Assembly: GCA_046599015.1 (NCBI GenBank)
Contig: JBKJHN010000128.1
Location: 126 to 64,125, forward strand
Length of the DNA: 64,000 nt
Source of the DNA: Ramlibacter sp.
GTDB taxonomy: Bacteria; Pseudomonadota; Gammaproteobacteria; Burkholderiales; Burkholderiaceae_C
Reading direction: 5' to 3'
The position numbers and the translations under genes were made by a program. The notes below the pieces were generated by a model. It was given only the letters and a program-made list of their open reading frames with translations, had not been told where the DNA came from and ran no database searches. Below are positions 49,634-62,147 of this stretch, piece by piece (position 1 is the first letter of the stretch; the number at the start of each line of letters is the position of its first letter).

Positions 49634-49713
49634 GTTGTCTCCTCGGGTCCTTTCGACACCCCTCGGGGTTCAGGGATCCCTTAAGCCCCAGTCGCAAGAC
49701 TGGGGCTTTTTTT
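49634..49713 (+). ncRNA. Candidate sRNA of the betaproteobacterial CU-rich (anti-SD) type
   Basis: GTTGTCTCCTC 5' motif, internal stem, then a strong GCAA-loop terminator; lies in the phasin 3' region. Confidence 0.45.
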
Positions 49714-49789
49714 ATTGCGCCCCCCGGGCGAGGGAGCGCAGCGACGCTCGCCCCAGTCGCAAGACTGGGGCTTTTTTTGTTTGCGCCCC
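49685..49789 (+). terminator. Tandem duplicated rho-independent terminators
   Basis: GCCCCAGTC-GCAA-GACTGGGGC-T7 at 49685-49713 and 49750-49778, each followed by TTGCGCCCC. Confidence 0.85.
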
Positions 49790-50041
49790 TGCATTGTCAG
49801 TGCTTGCCTTTCGGGTGCACTCGTTATGTCAATGGCGATCGCCGATCAGCTTGCCTCTCACCTTCGCTTTCACATAGCGCCCGAGTGCTTCGCCGCGCAG
49901 CAAGCCCCTGCTGAACAGCGGCAGCGGCCAGTCGGTGTAAGCGGCCTCCTCCACCGCGCTTTCTGCCACTTGCTGCAACTGAAGGCCAGTTCGCCCGCTT
50001 GCGTACAAGCAACAAGGCATTGATCTGCGTCAACCACATGC

Positions 50042-50061
50042 AATTGAGAATGATTCGTGTT
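50042..50061. promoter_or_regulatory. Fur box
   Basis: AATTGAGAATGATTCGTGTT resembles the Fur consensus; upstream of an Fe(III)-binding protein gene. Confidence 0.65.
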
Positions 50062-50107
50062 TGCTATATGATCCCATACGTCCCTTTTACCGCTTCAAAG
50101 GAATCTC

Positions 50108-51151
50108 ATGTTCAATAAAGCCATTGGCCTGGCCTGCGTTCTGTTAAGCGCGGCAGCAGGCGCGCGCGCGCAGGAACAGGTGCTCAACCTCTACTCCGCC
50201 CGCCACTATTCGACCGACGAGGCCCTCTACGCCAACTTCACCAAGGCCACCGGAATCAAGATCAATCGGGTCGATGCGGACGACGCCGGTATTCTCGCCC
50301 GCCTCAAGGCCGAAGGAACCGCTTCAGCAGCCGACGTCATTCTCCTGGTAGACGCAGCGCGCCTTTACAAGGGCGAAGTCGACGGGCTGTTTCAGCCGAT
50401 CAAGTCCAAGCTGCTGGAAGATGCGATCCCCGCCCAATATCGCGCCAAGTCGACGCCCGAGGGTATCCCCTGGTTCGGCTTGTCCAGCCGTGCACGCGTG
50501 ATCGTGTACGACAAGATCAAGGTGAAGCGGGAAGATGTCGACACGTACGAGGAACTGGCGGATGCCAAGAACAAGGGCAAGATCTGCATCCGTTCGGGCT
50601 CGCACCCGTACAACCTTTCGTTATTCGGGGCGGTGACCGAACACCTTGGCGAACAGAAGGCCGAGGCCTGGCTCAAGGGAATCGTCACCAATCTCGCACG
50701 AGACCCCAAGGGCGGCGACACCGACCAGATCACCGGGGTGGGCTCGGGCGAGTGCCAGATCGCGGTCACCAACACCTACTACATCGCCCGCCTGCTTCGC
50801 TCCACCAAGCCCGAAGACAAGGCGATGATGGAGCGTGTGGGCGTGGTATTTCCCAACCAGGACTCGTGGGGCACGCATGTGAACATCGCCGGCGGGGCCG
50901 TTGCGAAGAACGCCAGGCACCCCGCCAACGCGGTGAGGTTCCTGGAGTACCTGGCCAGCGCCGAGGCCCAGAACTACTTCGCCAACGGCAACAACGAGTG
51001 GCCGACCGCCAAAGGTGTGAAGGTCAGCAACGCCGCGCTGCAAGCGATGAGTGGTGGCGGCGACTTCAAGAGCGAAACGATTCCGCTGGCCGCCGTCGGC
51101 GCAAACCAGGTCAAGGTGCAGCAGATGCTGGACCGGGTCGGATTCAAGTAG
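50108..51151 (+). CDS. Fe(III) ABC transporter substrate-binding protein (FbpA/FutA family)
   Basis: Signal peptide, LYSARHY, ICIRSGSHPYN.SL, GGDTDQI, NTYY iron-binding tyrosines, HVNI.G. Confidence 0.92.
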   Translation: MFNKAIGLACVLLSAAAGARAQEQVLNLYSARHYSTDEALYANFTKATGIKINRVDADDAGILARLKAEGTASAADVILLVDAARLYKGEVDGLFQPIKSKLLEDAIPAQYRAKSTPEGIPWFGLSSRARVIVYDKIKVKREDVDTYEELADAKNKGKICIRSGSHPYNLSLFGAVTEHLGEQKAEAWLKGIVTNLARDPKGGDTDQITGVGSGECQIAVTNTYYIARLLRSTKPEDKAMMERVGVVFPNQDSWGTHVNIAGGAVAKNARHPANAVRFLEYLASAEAQNYFANGNNEWPTAKGVKVSNAALQAMSGGGDFKSETIPLAAVGANQVKVQQMLDRVGFK

Positions 51152-51234
51152 GCGCCACGGGACGCTTGTGCCCGATTGCACTCGGCTCGTGCGACGGGGC
51201 GCGATAATGCTGCGTCAAAATCCAGGAGCGATAC

Positions 51235-51990
51235 ATGGAAATCAAAGGCAAAGTCTTCATCGTGACGGGCGGGGCATCGGGTCTGGGCGAGGGCACGGCG
51301 CGCATGCTGGCTGCGGAAGGCGGGAAGGTGGTGATCGCCGACATGCAGGACAAGGGCGAAGCCATCGCCAGCGAGATCGGTGGGGCCTTCGTCAAGTGCG
51401 ACGTGAGCCAGGAGGCGGACGGCCAGGCCGTGGTCGCCAAAGCGGTGTCGCTGGGCAAACTGATGGGGCTGGTGAACTGTGCGGGCATTGCCCCGGCGGA
51501 AAAAACCGTCGGCAAGAACGGCGCGCATTCGCTCGCCGTCTTTTCCAAGACCATCACCGTGAACCTAGTGGGCAGCTTCAACATGATCCGTCTCGCCGCA
51601 GACGCGATGTGCAAGAACGAGCCTGAAAGCACCGGCGAGCGGGGCTGCATGATCTCCACCGCCTCGGTGGCGGCGTACGACGGCCAGATCGGCCAGGCGG
51701 CCTACAGCGCGTCCAAGGGCGGGGTCGTCGGCATGACGCTGCCGATCGCACGCGACCTGGCGCGCAATGGCATCCGCAACATGACGATCGCGCCCGGCAT
51801 CTTCGGCACGCCGATGATGTTCGGCATGCCCAAGCAAGTCCAGGAAGCGCTCGCTGCCAGCGTGCCGTTTCCTTCCCGCCTCGGCACGCCCGAGGACTAC
51901 GCCAAGCTGGCGAAGCATATTTTCGAGAACGACATGCTCAACGGTGAGGTGATCCGGCTCGACGGTGCGATCCGCCTCGCCCCGCGTTAG
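51235..51990 (+). CDS. 3-hydroxyacyl-CoA dehydrogenase, type II SDR (HSD10-like)
   Basis: [36 protein letters not shown] and [10 protein letters not shown] motifs. Confidence 0.92.
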   Translation: MEIKGKVFIVTGGASGLGEGTARMLAAEGGKVVIADMQDKGEAIASEIGGAFVKCDVSQEADGQAVVAKAVSLGKLMGLVNCAGIAPAEKTVGKNGAHSLAVFSKTITVNLVGSFNMIRLAADAMCKNEPESTGERGCMISTASVAAYDGQIGQAAYSASKGGVVGMTLPIARDLARNGIRNMTIAPGIFGTPMMFGMPKQVQEALAASVPFPSRLGTPEDYAKLAKHIFENDMLNGEVIRLDGAIRLAPR

Positions 51991-52032
51991 ACGTTCGCGG
52001 CTTAACATGCGTCTCCTCTTCCAGGAGATGCA

Positions 52033-53832
52033 ATGAAGGTGAAGCTTGCGCTATGTGCCATGGCAGCTCTGCTGGCTGCCTGCGCCACCGCCCCGTCGAA
52101 TTTCAGTTACAGCCCTCCCCTGCAGCCCGAGAGCGCCTCGGGCTACACGGAGAAGCCCGGCTGGGCCGCTCGCAAGTTCGCCGTGGCCGCGGCCAACCCG
52201 CTTGCGACGGATGCGGGCTATCAGATTCTCAAAGCCGGCGGATCGGCGGTGGACGCGGCTGTCGCCGTGCAGATGGTCCTGACGCTGGTGGAGCCGCAGT
52301 CCAGCGGGATCGGCGGTGGCGCCTTCCTGCTGCACCACGACGGCAAGGATGTCGAGGCGTTCGACGGGCGTGAGACCGCGCCGGCCGGCGCCGACGAGAA
52401 ACTCTTCCTCGACGCCGACGGCAAGCCGCTGCCGTTTTACCAGGCTGTCGTAGGTGGCCGTTCCGTGGGTGTGCCCGGCACCGTGCGCATGCTCGAGCTG
52501 GCGCACAGGCAACACGGCAAGCTGCCCTGGGCCCAGCTGTTCGAGCCCGCGATTGCCTTGGCTGAAGGCGGCTTCAGGGTCAGCCCGCGGCTGAACACTC
52601 TGCTGAAGAACGACGTCCACTTGAAAAAGGACCCGGTTGCGGCGGCCTATTTCTACACACCGGATGGAGTCCCGCGGGACGTCGGCACGCTGCTGCGGAA
52701 CCCGGAGCTGGGGTTGGCGCTTCGCAGCCTTGCGGCTGGCGGCTCGAGAGCTTTGCACGAAGGCGAGATCGCGCGCGCGATCGTCGCCAAAGTGCAATCC
52801 CATCCGACGAATCCCGGGAAGATGACGCTGGCCGACTTGACGAGCTACCAGCCAAAAAAGCGAAAGCCGATTTGTCATGAGTACCAAGGGACAGGCCGCG
52901 ACTACCGCATCTGCGGATTCCCTCCGCCGAGTTCCGGCGCGATCGCGATCGGGCAAATCCTGGGCATGCTGAACCACGTGCGTGCCCAAGCGATTCCGTT
53001 GGAGAATGGCCTGCCTTCTACCGCCTGGCTGCACTTGTACACAGAGGCGGCGCGCCTGGCTTTCGCGGATCGGGCGCAGTACCTGGGTGACCCCGACTTC
53101 GTCCAGCCACCCGCCGGCGACTGGCTAAGTCTGCTGGACCCTTCTTACCTGGCCGGACGCAGCAAGTTGATCGGCGAACAGAGCCTCAAAGTCGCCAAGC
53201 CCGGCAGCCCGGGCGGATTGAAGTCCGGTTACGCGCCCAGTTCCGAGCAGCCCGAGTACGGCACTTCTCACATCAGCATTGTGGACGCCTACGGCAATGC
53301 CATTGCGATGACGACCACCATCGAGGACGCATTCGGCGCGCGCCAGATGGTCAGCGTTCATGGCGGTGCCGGCGGCTTCCTGCTGAACAACGAACTCACC
53401 GACTTCAGCTTTGCTCCAAACGATGCCGAAGGCAAGCCGGTGGCCAATCGGGTTCAGGGCGGCAAACGCCCGCGCTCTTCCATGTCGCCGACGCTTGTGT
53501 TCGACAAGGCCACAGGCCAGCTGGTGATGAGCGTGGGCAGCCCGGGCGGCGCGGTCATCATCCACTTCACGGCAAAGACACTCTATGGCGTGCTGAACTG
53601 GGGACTCAACACGCAGCAGGCTATCAACCTGCCCAACTTCGCTTCCATGAACGGGCCCACCCTCCTGGAAGAGAAGCGCTTTCCGCAAGCCACTGTCGAA
53701 GCGCTGCGCGCCCGCGGCGCCGAAGTGCGGGAGCAATCGATGACCAGCGGCCTGCAGGCCATTCAGAGGACGCCAATCGGCTTCTTTGGGGGCGCCGACC
53801 CGCGCCGGGAAGGCGCAGTCATGGGCGACTAG
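52033..53832 (+). CDS. ggt: Gamma-glutamyltransferase (lipoprotein)
   Basis: Lipobox LAAC, EPQSSGIGGG, DGRETAP, nucleophile TSHIS, LNNELTDFS, RPRSSMSP, GSPGG, ADPRR. Confidence 0.95.
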   Translation: MKVKLALCAMAALLAACATAPSNFSYSPPLQPESASGYTEKPGWAARKFAVAAANPLATDAGYQILKAGGSAVDAAVAVQMVLTLVEPQSSGIGGGAFLLHHDGKDVEAFDGRETAPAGADEKLFLDADGKPLPFYQAVVGGRSVGVPGTVRMLELAHRQHGKLPWAQLFEPAIALAEGGFRVSPRLNTLLKNDVHLKKDPVAAAYFYTPDGVPRDVGTLLRNPELGLALRSLAAGGSRALHEGEIARAIVAKVQSHPTNPGKMTLADLTSYQPKKRKPICHEYQGTGRDYRICGFPPPSSGAIAIGQILGMLNHVRAQAIPLENGLPSTAWLHLYTEAARLAFADRAQYLGDPDFVQPPAGDWLSLLDPSYLAGRSKLIGEQSLKVAKPGSPGGLKSGYAPSSEQPEYGTSHISIVDAYGNAIAMTTTIEDAFGARQMVSVHGGAGGFLLNNELTDFSFAPNDAEGKPVANRVQGGKRPRSSMSPTLVFDKATGQLVMSVGSPGGAVIIHFTAKTLYGVLNWGLNTQQAINLPNFASMNGPTLLEEKRFPQATVEALRARGAEVREQSMTSGLQAIQRTPIGFFGGADPRREGAVMGD

Positions 53833-54754
53833 ACGACTGCTCGAGCGCGCGAGCCTCGTCGGTTTCCAGTGGATTGGCCGGCTCGGGCTCCTTCGGCCGA
53901 TCGATGCGCTCGAACTCCGAGATCACTTGCGCCCCCAGCAGCAGCAGGGTCGCGGCAATCTCCAGGCTGAGCAGGACCACGATGGCGGTGGTGAGAGAGC
54001 CATAGACCACATTGACCTGGGACAAGGTGCCGAAATACCAGATCAGCACGTGCCGGGTGGCCTCCCACAGCAGGGCCGCGGTGACCCCGCCGAGCAACGC
54101 ATGCCGAACCGACAGCCTGCCCACCGGCATCACCATATACACCGAGGTCAAGACAAAAATCTCGCCCGCCAGTCCCAACAGGTACAACAGCACGCCCGAA
54201 ACCCCTTTGAGCGACCATTCACGGCCCAGGAAATAAACGCTTTCCTCCCCCATGGCTTGCAGGCCGCCGGACACCAGCGTTACTACCAGCAAACCGAACC
54301 CAAGGCTGAGAATGTAGCAATAGGGCAGCAGCACGGACACGATGTAGCGGCGGCGGCGGGTGGCGATCCGGTGCAGGAAGATCACCGACATCGCGTTCTC
54401 CAGCACGGTGAACGCGAGTGAGCTGAAAAAGAGCATGGTGCCCAGCAGGACCCAACCGATCACGTCGCGGTGATCGAGAAAATTGGCCAGTTCCCTGACA
54501 ATCGCCTGCGCTTGACCCGGCATCAGCCACTCCAGGTAGAGCCCCAGGGTCTGCAAGAGCTCGGCCTGATCGATCACATGCGACAAGGCAATCACCGTGA
54601 GGATCAGCAGCGGCACGACCGAAAGCAGCGCGTAGTAAGCCACGGCGCCTGCCAGCAGCAGCCCTTGGTTGGCCTTGAACGCCTTGAGCACACCCCAGGC
54701 AAACCGGCCTGGGTGCGCCACGACGTGCGCCACACGATGAGTGAGGATGCGCAT
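53819..54754 (-). CDS. YihY/virulence factor BrkB family membrane protein
   Basis: AGAVAYYALLS..P and VYGSL...LLLLGA motifs; multiple TM segments. Confidence 0.88.
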   Translation of the reverse strand: MRILTHRVAHVVAHPGRFAWGVLKAFKANQGLLLAGAVAYYALLSVVPLLILTVIALSHVIDQAELLQTLGLYLEWLMPGQAQAIVRELANFLDHRDVIGWVLLGTMLFFSSLAFTVLENAMSVIFLHRIATRRRRYIVSVLLPYCYILSLGFGLLVVTLVSGGLQAMGEESVYFLGREWSLKGVSGVLLYLLGLAGEIFVLTSVYMVMPVGRLSVRHALLGGVTAALLWEATRHVLIWYFGTLSQVNVVYGSLTTAIVVLLSLEIAATLLLLGAQVISEFERIDRPKEPEPANPLETDEARALEQSSSRP

Positions 54755-54892
54755 TCGTCCAGTATGCCGCCGCCGCCGTGTTCCGGTGCGGTTGTGTTCG
54801 TTTTCGTGACGAAGGGGCCGGTCCCCCTCGCTTACCCTGAAGCAAGAAGCGCCTCCCTTGTTCTAGATTCGAGTTTCTTCCAGGAGACGTCA

Positions 54893-55870
54893 ATGAGCAA
54901 TACTCACCCAAGCCGCCGCCGGTTCATCCAGACTGCAGCGGTCTCGTGCGCCACGGTCGCGCTGCCTGCGCTGGCTCAGGCTTTTCCCAGCCGTCCGGTC
55001 CGCCTGATCTGCCCGTGGCCCGCCGGGGGATCCACCGACGCCGTGATGCGGGCGCTGGCCGAGAGTGCATCGAAGACCCTGGGCCAACAGATCGTCATCG
55101 ACAACAAGCCCGGCGCCGGCGGCATGCTTGGCGCCAACGAGCTCGCCAACGCCCGTCCCGATGGCTACGCCCTCAGCCAGTTGCCCCACGGCGTCTTTCG
55201 CATCCCGCACATGCAGAAGGTGCAGTTCGACCCCCTCAAGGACTTCACCTGGATCGTCTGCCTCACCGGCTACACCTTCGGCCTGGTTGTGCCGGCTGAG
55301 TCGCCAGTCAAATCCATCAAGGACCTGGTGGATTACGGCAAGGCCAATCCCGGCAAGTTCACCTATGGCTCCACCGGCACCGGTACCAGCCCGCATCTGG
55401 CAGTGGAGGAATTCGCCCAGCGGGCGGGCATCACGCTCAATCACATCCCCTTCAAGGGTAACGCCGACAACATGCAGGCGGTGCTGGGCGGCCATACCAT
55501 GGCAGCGAGCGACGCCACCGGCTGGGCCCCGCACGTCGAATCCGGCAAGCTTCGTCTGATCGCCACCTACGGCAGCAAGCGCACCAAGCGCTGGCCGAGT
55601 GTGCCGACGCTGGATGAACTGGGCTACAAGACGGTGTCGGATTCGCCTTTCGGCGTCTGCGGCCCCAAGGGCATGGACCCGGCGGTCGTGCGCACCCTCC
55701 ACGACGCCTTCCGCAAGACGCTGGAAGATCCGGCCGTGATCAGCACTTTCGACAAGTACGATCAGACCGTGATCTACATGAACACCGACACCTATACCAA
55801 GTGGGCTCGCGAAACCTACGCGGCCGAGAAGGCCACCATCGAACGCCTTGGCATGGCTATGAAGAGCTGA
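54893..55870 (+). CDS. Bug/TctC tripartite tricarboxylate transporter substrate-binding protein
   Basis: Tat-like SRRRF signal, FPSRPVRLI.PWPAGGSTD..MR, NKPGAGG, GS.G.G..PHL and HIPFKG motifs; AGGAG RBS. Confidence 0.92.
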   Translation: MSNTHPSRRRFIQTAAVSCATVALPALAQAFPSRPVRLICPWPAGGSTDAVMRALAESASKTLGQQIVIDNKPGAGGMLGANELANARPDGYALSQLPHGVFRIPHMQKVQFDPLKDFTWIVCLTGYTFGLVVPAESPVKSIKDLVDYGKANPGKFTYGSTGTGTSPHLAVEEFAQRAGITLNHIPFKGNADNMQAVLGGHTMAASDATGWAPHVESGKLRLIATYGSKRTKRWPSVPTLDELGYKTVSDSPFGVCGPKGMDPAVVRTLHDAFRKTLEDPAVISTFDKYDQTVIYMNTDTYTKWARETYAAEKATIERLGMAMKS

Positions 55871-55876
55871 GCCCAG

Positions 55877-55901
55877 GGAAGCTCTGAAAATCAGAGCTTC
55901 C
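55877..55901. terminator. Hairpin between convergent genes
   Basis: GGAAGCTCTGA-AAA-TCAGAGCTTCC. Confidence 0.65.
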
Positions 55902-57547
55902 TAGACGTCGATCGCCGCGGCCGAGCCGGCCTGCTTGCGCAACTCGAACTTCTGGATCTTGCCGGTCGAGGTCTTGGGCAGTTCGCCAAAGACAACGGCC
56001 TTGGGTACCTTGAAGCCGGCCAGGTGCTTCTTGCAATGAGCCACGATGTCCGCAGCCGTTGTCGTCGCGCCGGCCTTCAATTCGACGAAGGCGCACGGCG
56101 TCTCGCCCCAGCGCGAATCGGCTTTCGCGACCACGGCCGCGGCCAGTACGTCCGGATGCCGGTAAAGCACGTCCTCGACCTCGATAGATGAAATGTTCTC
56201 GCCGCCCGAAATGATGATGTCCTTGCTGCGATCCTTGATCTTGATGTAGCCGTCCGGATACTGCACGGCGAGATCCCCCGTGTGGAACCAGCCGCCCGCG
56301 AAAGCGTCCCGCGTAGCGTCGGGGTTCTTGAGATAACCCTTCATGGTGATGTTGCCGCGGAACATGATTTCGCCCATCGTATCGCCGTCCAGCGGAACCG
56401 GCTTCATCGTTTGCGGGGCGATGACGCGCGCGTCCCGCTGCAGGTGATAGCGCACGCCCTGACGGGCATTCAGGCGCGCCCGCTCGCCGATGTCCAGATC
56501 GCTCCATTCGTCGTGCTTCGGGCAGACCGTGGCTGGGCCATAGACTTCCGTCAGGCCGTAGACATGCGTGAGGTCAAAGCCCATGCGCTCCATGCCTTCG
56601 ATCATCGATGCCGGCGGCGCGGCGCCCGCCACCATGGCTTTCACGCCGGCAGGCAGGCCCTGCTTCATTTCTTCGGGCGCGTTCACCAGCAATCCATGCA
56701 CGATCGGTGCGCCGCAGTAGTGCGTGACCCCGTGCAACTTGATCGCGTCGATGATGGCCTTGGCCTCAACCTTTCGCAAGCACACATTGACCCCGGCCCG
56801 CGCCGCTATCGTCCACGGAAAGCACCAGCCATTGCAATGAAACATGGGCAACGTCCACAGGTAGACCGGGTGCTTGCCCATGTCCCATTCGAGGATGTTG
56901 GAAATCGCATTCATCGCCGCGCCGCGATGGTGGTACACCACCCCCTTCGGGTTGCCGGTCGTCCCGCTGGTGTAGTTCAGGGCGATGGCGTCCCACTCAT
57001 CGGCTGGCAGATCCCAGGCAAACTCCGGGTCGCCACCGGCCAGGAAGCCCTCGTAACCCACGGAGCCGGCACGTTCGATGGGGCCGGCGTAAAGCGCGTC
57101 GGCTACGTCAATGATCAACAGCGGTCCCGTCTCCTTGCGCAGTGCAACTGCCTTCTTGATGACGCATGCGAACTCGGGGTCCACAATCAGCGCCTTGGCT
57201 TCACCATGATCCAGCATGAAAGCGATGGTTTCCGCATCGAGGCGAGTGTTTAGCGCATTGAGCACGGCACCGCACATCGGAACGCCGAAGTTCGCCTCGA
57301 CCATCGGCGGCGTGTTCGGCAGCATCACCGCCACGGTGTCGCCCTTTCCGACGCCATGACGCGACAACGCGCTGGCCAGCTGGCGGCAACGGGCATAGAG
57401 CTCAGCCCAATTGCGGCGCAGATCGCCGTGAACGACGGCCGGCAGCCCCGGATACACCTGCGCGGAGCGTTCGATGAAGGAAAGCGGCGACAGCGGCGCA
57501 TGATTGGCTTGATTGCGCGCCAGGTCCCGGTCAAAAATGCTTGTCAT
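55901..57547 (-). CDS. Acyl-CoA synthetase (AMP-binding)
   Basis: YTSGTTGNPKG, PMFHCNGW, YGLTE, FHTGD, DRSKDIIISGGENISS and PKTSTGK motifs. Confidence 0.93.
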   Translation of the reverse strand: MTSIFDRDLARNQANHAPLSPLSFIERSAQVYPGLPAVVHGDLRRNWAELYARCRQLASALSRHGVGKGDTVAVMLPNTPPMVEANFGVPMCGAVLNALNTRLDAETIAFMLDHGEAKALIVDPEFACVIKKAVALRKETGPLLIIDVADALYAGPIERAGSVGYEGFLAGGDPEFAWDLPADEWDAIALNYTSGTTGNPKGVVYHHRGAAMNAISNILEWDMGKHPVYLWTLPMFHCNGWCFPWTIAARAGVNVCLRKVEAKAIIDAIKLHGVTHYCGAPIVHGLLVNAPEEMKQGLPAGVKAMVAGAAPPASMIEGMERMGFDLTHVYGLTEVYGPATVCPKHDEWSDLDIGERARLNARQGVRYHLQRDARVIAPQTMKPVPLDGDTMGEIMFRGNITMKGYLKNPDATRDAFAGGWFHTGDLAVQYPDGYIKIKDRSKDIIISGGENISSIEVEDVLYRHPDVLAAAVVAKADSRWGETPCAFVELKAGATTTAADIVAHCKKHLAGFKVPKAVVFGELPKTSTGKIQKFELRKQAGSAAAIDV

Positions 57548-57656
57548 CTGTTCTCTCCAAGTGCCCGGTTGTTCCGTGTCCCGGCAGGTTAAGGCTTCGG
57601 TGCGGCGCTGTTAGGTAAAAATACCTGTCGGTACCGTTCCGGTACCGCATCTCGTC

Positions 57657-59483
57657 ATGACCATCCCACAGTCTTTCATCCAGGAATTGCTCGCCCGCGC
57701 GGACGTGGTTGAAATCGTCGGCCGCTACGTGCAGCTGAAGAAGGGGGGCGCCAACTATATGGGGCTCTGCCCCTTTCATGGCGAGAAGTCACCGTCCTTC
57801 TCCGTCAGTCCGACCAAGCAGTTTTACCACTGCTTCGGCTGCGGCAAAAACGGTAATGCCATCGGCTTCCTGATGGAACATGCCGGCATGAATTTTGTCG
57901 AGGCCGTAAAGGATCTGGCCGGGCAGTACGCGATGCAAGTGCCCGAGGAGGATGCCTCTCCGCAGGACCGCGCGCGAGCCGCCCAGCAGCGTGAAAAACA
58001 GTCAACCCTCACCGACGTGCTCGAGAAGGCGGGTGAGGCGTACCGCAAGCACTTGAAGGCCTCGCCCCGTGCCATCGACTACTTCAAAGGCCGCGGTGTG
58101 TCGGGCCAGGTGGCAAGGCAGTTCGGCTTGGGATATGCGCCCGAAGGTTGGCGCAGCCTTGCCAGTGTGTTCCCCAATTACGACGACACTCTGCTGGTGG
58201 AAAGCGGGCTGGTCATCGTCAACGAAGACGAGGACAAGCGCTACGACCGCTTTCGGGACCGGGTCATGTTCCCGATCCGCAACGTCAAGGGAGAGTGCAT
58301 CGGGTTTGGCGGGCGCGTGCTCGGCGAAGGAACACCCAAGTACCTGAACTCACCGGAGACGCCCGTGTTCAGCAAGGGGCGGGAACTGTACGGCTTGTTC
58401 GAGGCACGCAACGCATTGCGCGAGCACGGGTACGTGCTGGTGACCGAAGGCTACATGGACGTGGTCGCACTGGCGCAACTCGGCTTTCCCAATGCCGTGG
58501 CAACACTTGGCACCGCCTGTACACCCGAGCATGTCCACAAGCTTTTTCGCTTTACGGACTCCGTGGTGTTCAGCTTCGACGGCGACGAAGCCGGCCGGCG
58601 TGCGGCGCGAAAGGCGCTCGACGGCGCCCTGCCCTATGCGACCGATGTGCGGAGCGTCAAGTTCCTGTTTCTGCCCGCCGAGCACGATCCGGACAGCTAC
58701 ATTCGCGAGTTCGGTCGCGACGCCTTCCTGCGCTTTGTTCAACAGGCCGTGCCGCTGAGTGTCTTTCTCCTGGAAGTCACTTCGGAAGGGAGCGATCTCA
58801 GCACTGCGGAAGGGCGCTCGCGAATGCTCAGCGCGGCAAGGCCGATGTGGACGCTGCTGCCGGACGGAGCCTTGAAGCGGCAGATCTTCAACGAGATTGC
58901 CGAGCGGGCGTCGATGGGACCGCATGAACTCAAGGAGTTGTGGGGAGAGGCCCAATCGGCCATGAAAAGCTGGAAGCGGCCGGTCAATCGGCCGCAGTTC
59001 GCCGGCAAGCGAAAGGCCATCAAACCCAAGATGCAGGCCTTGGCCGAGCACATCGCCCGGCTGGCGCTGCGAAACTCAGCTGCATGGGACCTGTTGACCG
59101 GACCCGATCACGAGCTTCTTTGCAGCGTTGAAGGGACCATCGGAGACTTGTTCTCCTGGCTTGAAACCGGCCACCACGAGCATGGGGCGCAACCCTGGGC
59201 GGCGTTGGCGGTCGGCTTGGATGGGCAGTCTTTTTCGTCCCTGGCTGCCGGACTGATGGAGTACGACAGCTTGCAGCCGAGCGGCCGGGTCATCGAAGAC
59301 GTCGAGACTCCCGAGGACGACCTGAAAAAAACCATGACCCGGCTGCACCTGGGGGTCATCGAGGAGGAGATCGCCCTTGCCAACCAGTTGCCCATGAGCG
59401 ATCCCGGCCGGCTCGAACGGCTGAAGGAACTGAGCAGGCGGCAGATGGCCGTCCAAAGTCAAAGAATTAACGCCGGGCCTTGA
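57657..59483 (+). CDS. dnaG: DNA primase
   Basis: CPFHGEKSPSF zinc finger, DRFRDR..FPI, KYLNSPET, EGYMDV and FDGD..G TOPRIM motifs. Confidence 0.97.
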   Translation: MTIPQSFIQELLARADVVEIVGRYVQLKKGGANYMGLCPFHGEKSPSFSVSPTKQFYHCFGCGKNGNAIGFLMEHAGMNFVEAVKDLAGQYAMQVPEEDASPQDRARAAQQREKQSTLTDVLEKAGEAYRKHLKASPRAIDYFKGRGVSGQVARQFGLGYAPEGWRSLASVFPNYDDTLLVESGLVIVNEDEDKRYDRFRDRVMFPIRNVKGECIGFGGRVLGEGTPKYLNSPETPVFSKGRELYGLFEARNALREHGYVLVTEGYMDVVALAQLGFPNAVATLGTACTPEHVHKLFRFTDSVVFSFDGDEAGRRAARKALDGALPYATDVRSVKFLFLPAEHDPDSYIREFGRDAFLRFVQQAVPLSVFLLEVTSEGSDLSTAEGRSRMLSAARPMWTLLPDGALKRQIFNEIAERASMGPHELKELWGEAQSAMKSWKRPVNRPQFAGKRKAIKPKMQALAEHIARLALRNSAAWDLLTGPDHELLCSVEGTIGDLFSWLETGHHEHGAQPWAALAVGLDGQSFSSLAAGLMEYDSLQPSGRVIEDVETPEDDLKKTMTRLHLGVIEEEIALANQLPMSDPGRLERLKELSRRQMAVQSQRINAGP

Positions 59484-59743
59484 AAACCGCGGCAGACGTT
59501 ATAATCTTAGGTTGCTAGCGGCAAGAGCGACAGCAGCACCTCCGGACCTCGGCCAACCGACGCCATTGCGCGCGACCGGCCCACCTTTTCCGCAAGGACT
59601 GCACACCAAATGTTCGCCCACCCATCTTGCCCAGAGGACTGACGAGGACACCGCGTGGCGGCTTGTCCGCCTCATCCGCCACTCGCGCCGGGTTGTAGGG
59701 GCGCTATTTTGTTCTGTCTCATCTTGCGTCCCGAGGTATTTTC

Positions 59744-62113
<2,370 letters not shown>

Positions 62114-62147
62114 AGACAGTCACCCCGGGCTTGAGGAGCCGCTGGAC

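Noticed and set aside
49685-49789. CRISPR-like palindromic repeat-spacer-repeat
   Set aside because: Only two units, each with a poly-T tail typical of terminators, and no cas genes in the window
49826-50023. Small ORF MSMAIADQLASHL... between phasin and the Fe(III)-binding protein gene
   Set aside because: No RBS or recognisable motif; cannot be supported from sequence alone
57548-57656. Absence of rpsU upstream of dnaG
   Set aside because: From recall, the rpsU-dnaG link is commonly broken in this lineage, so it is not treated as novel
59479-59505. CTTGAAA...TATAAT as a canonical sigma70 promoter for rpoD
   Set aside because: The spacer is only 14 nt; the -10 is plausible but the pairing is not canonical, and the CCCCAT needed for a sigma32 promoter is absent
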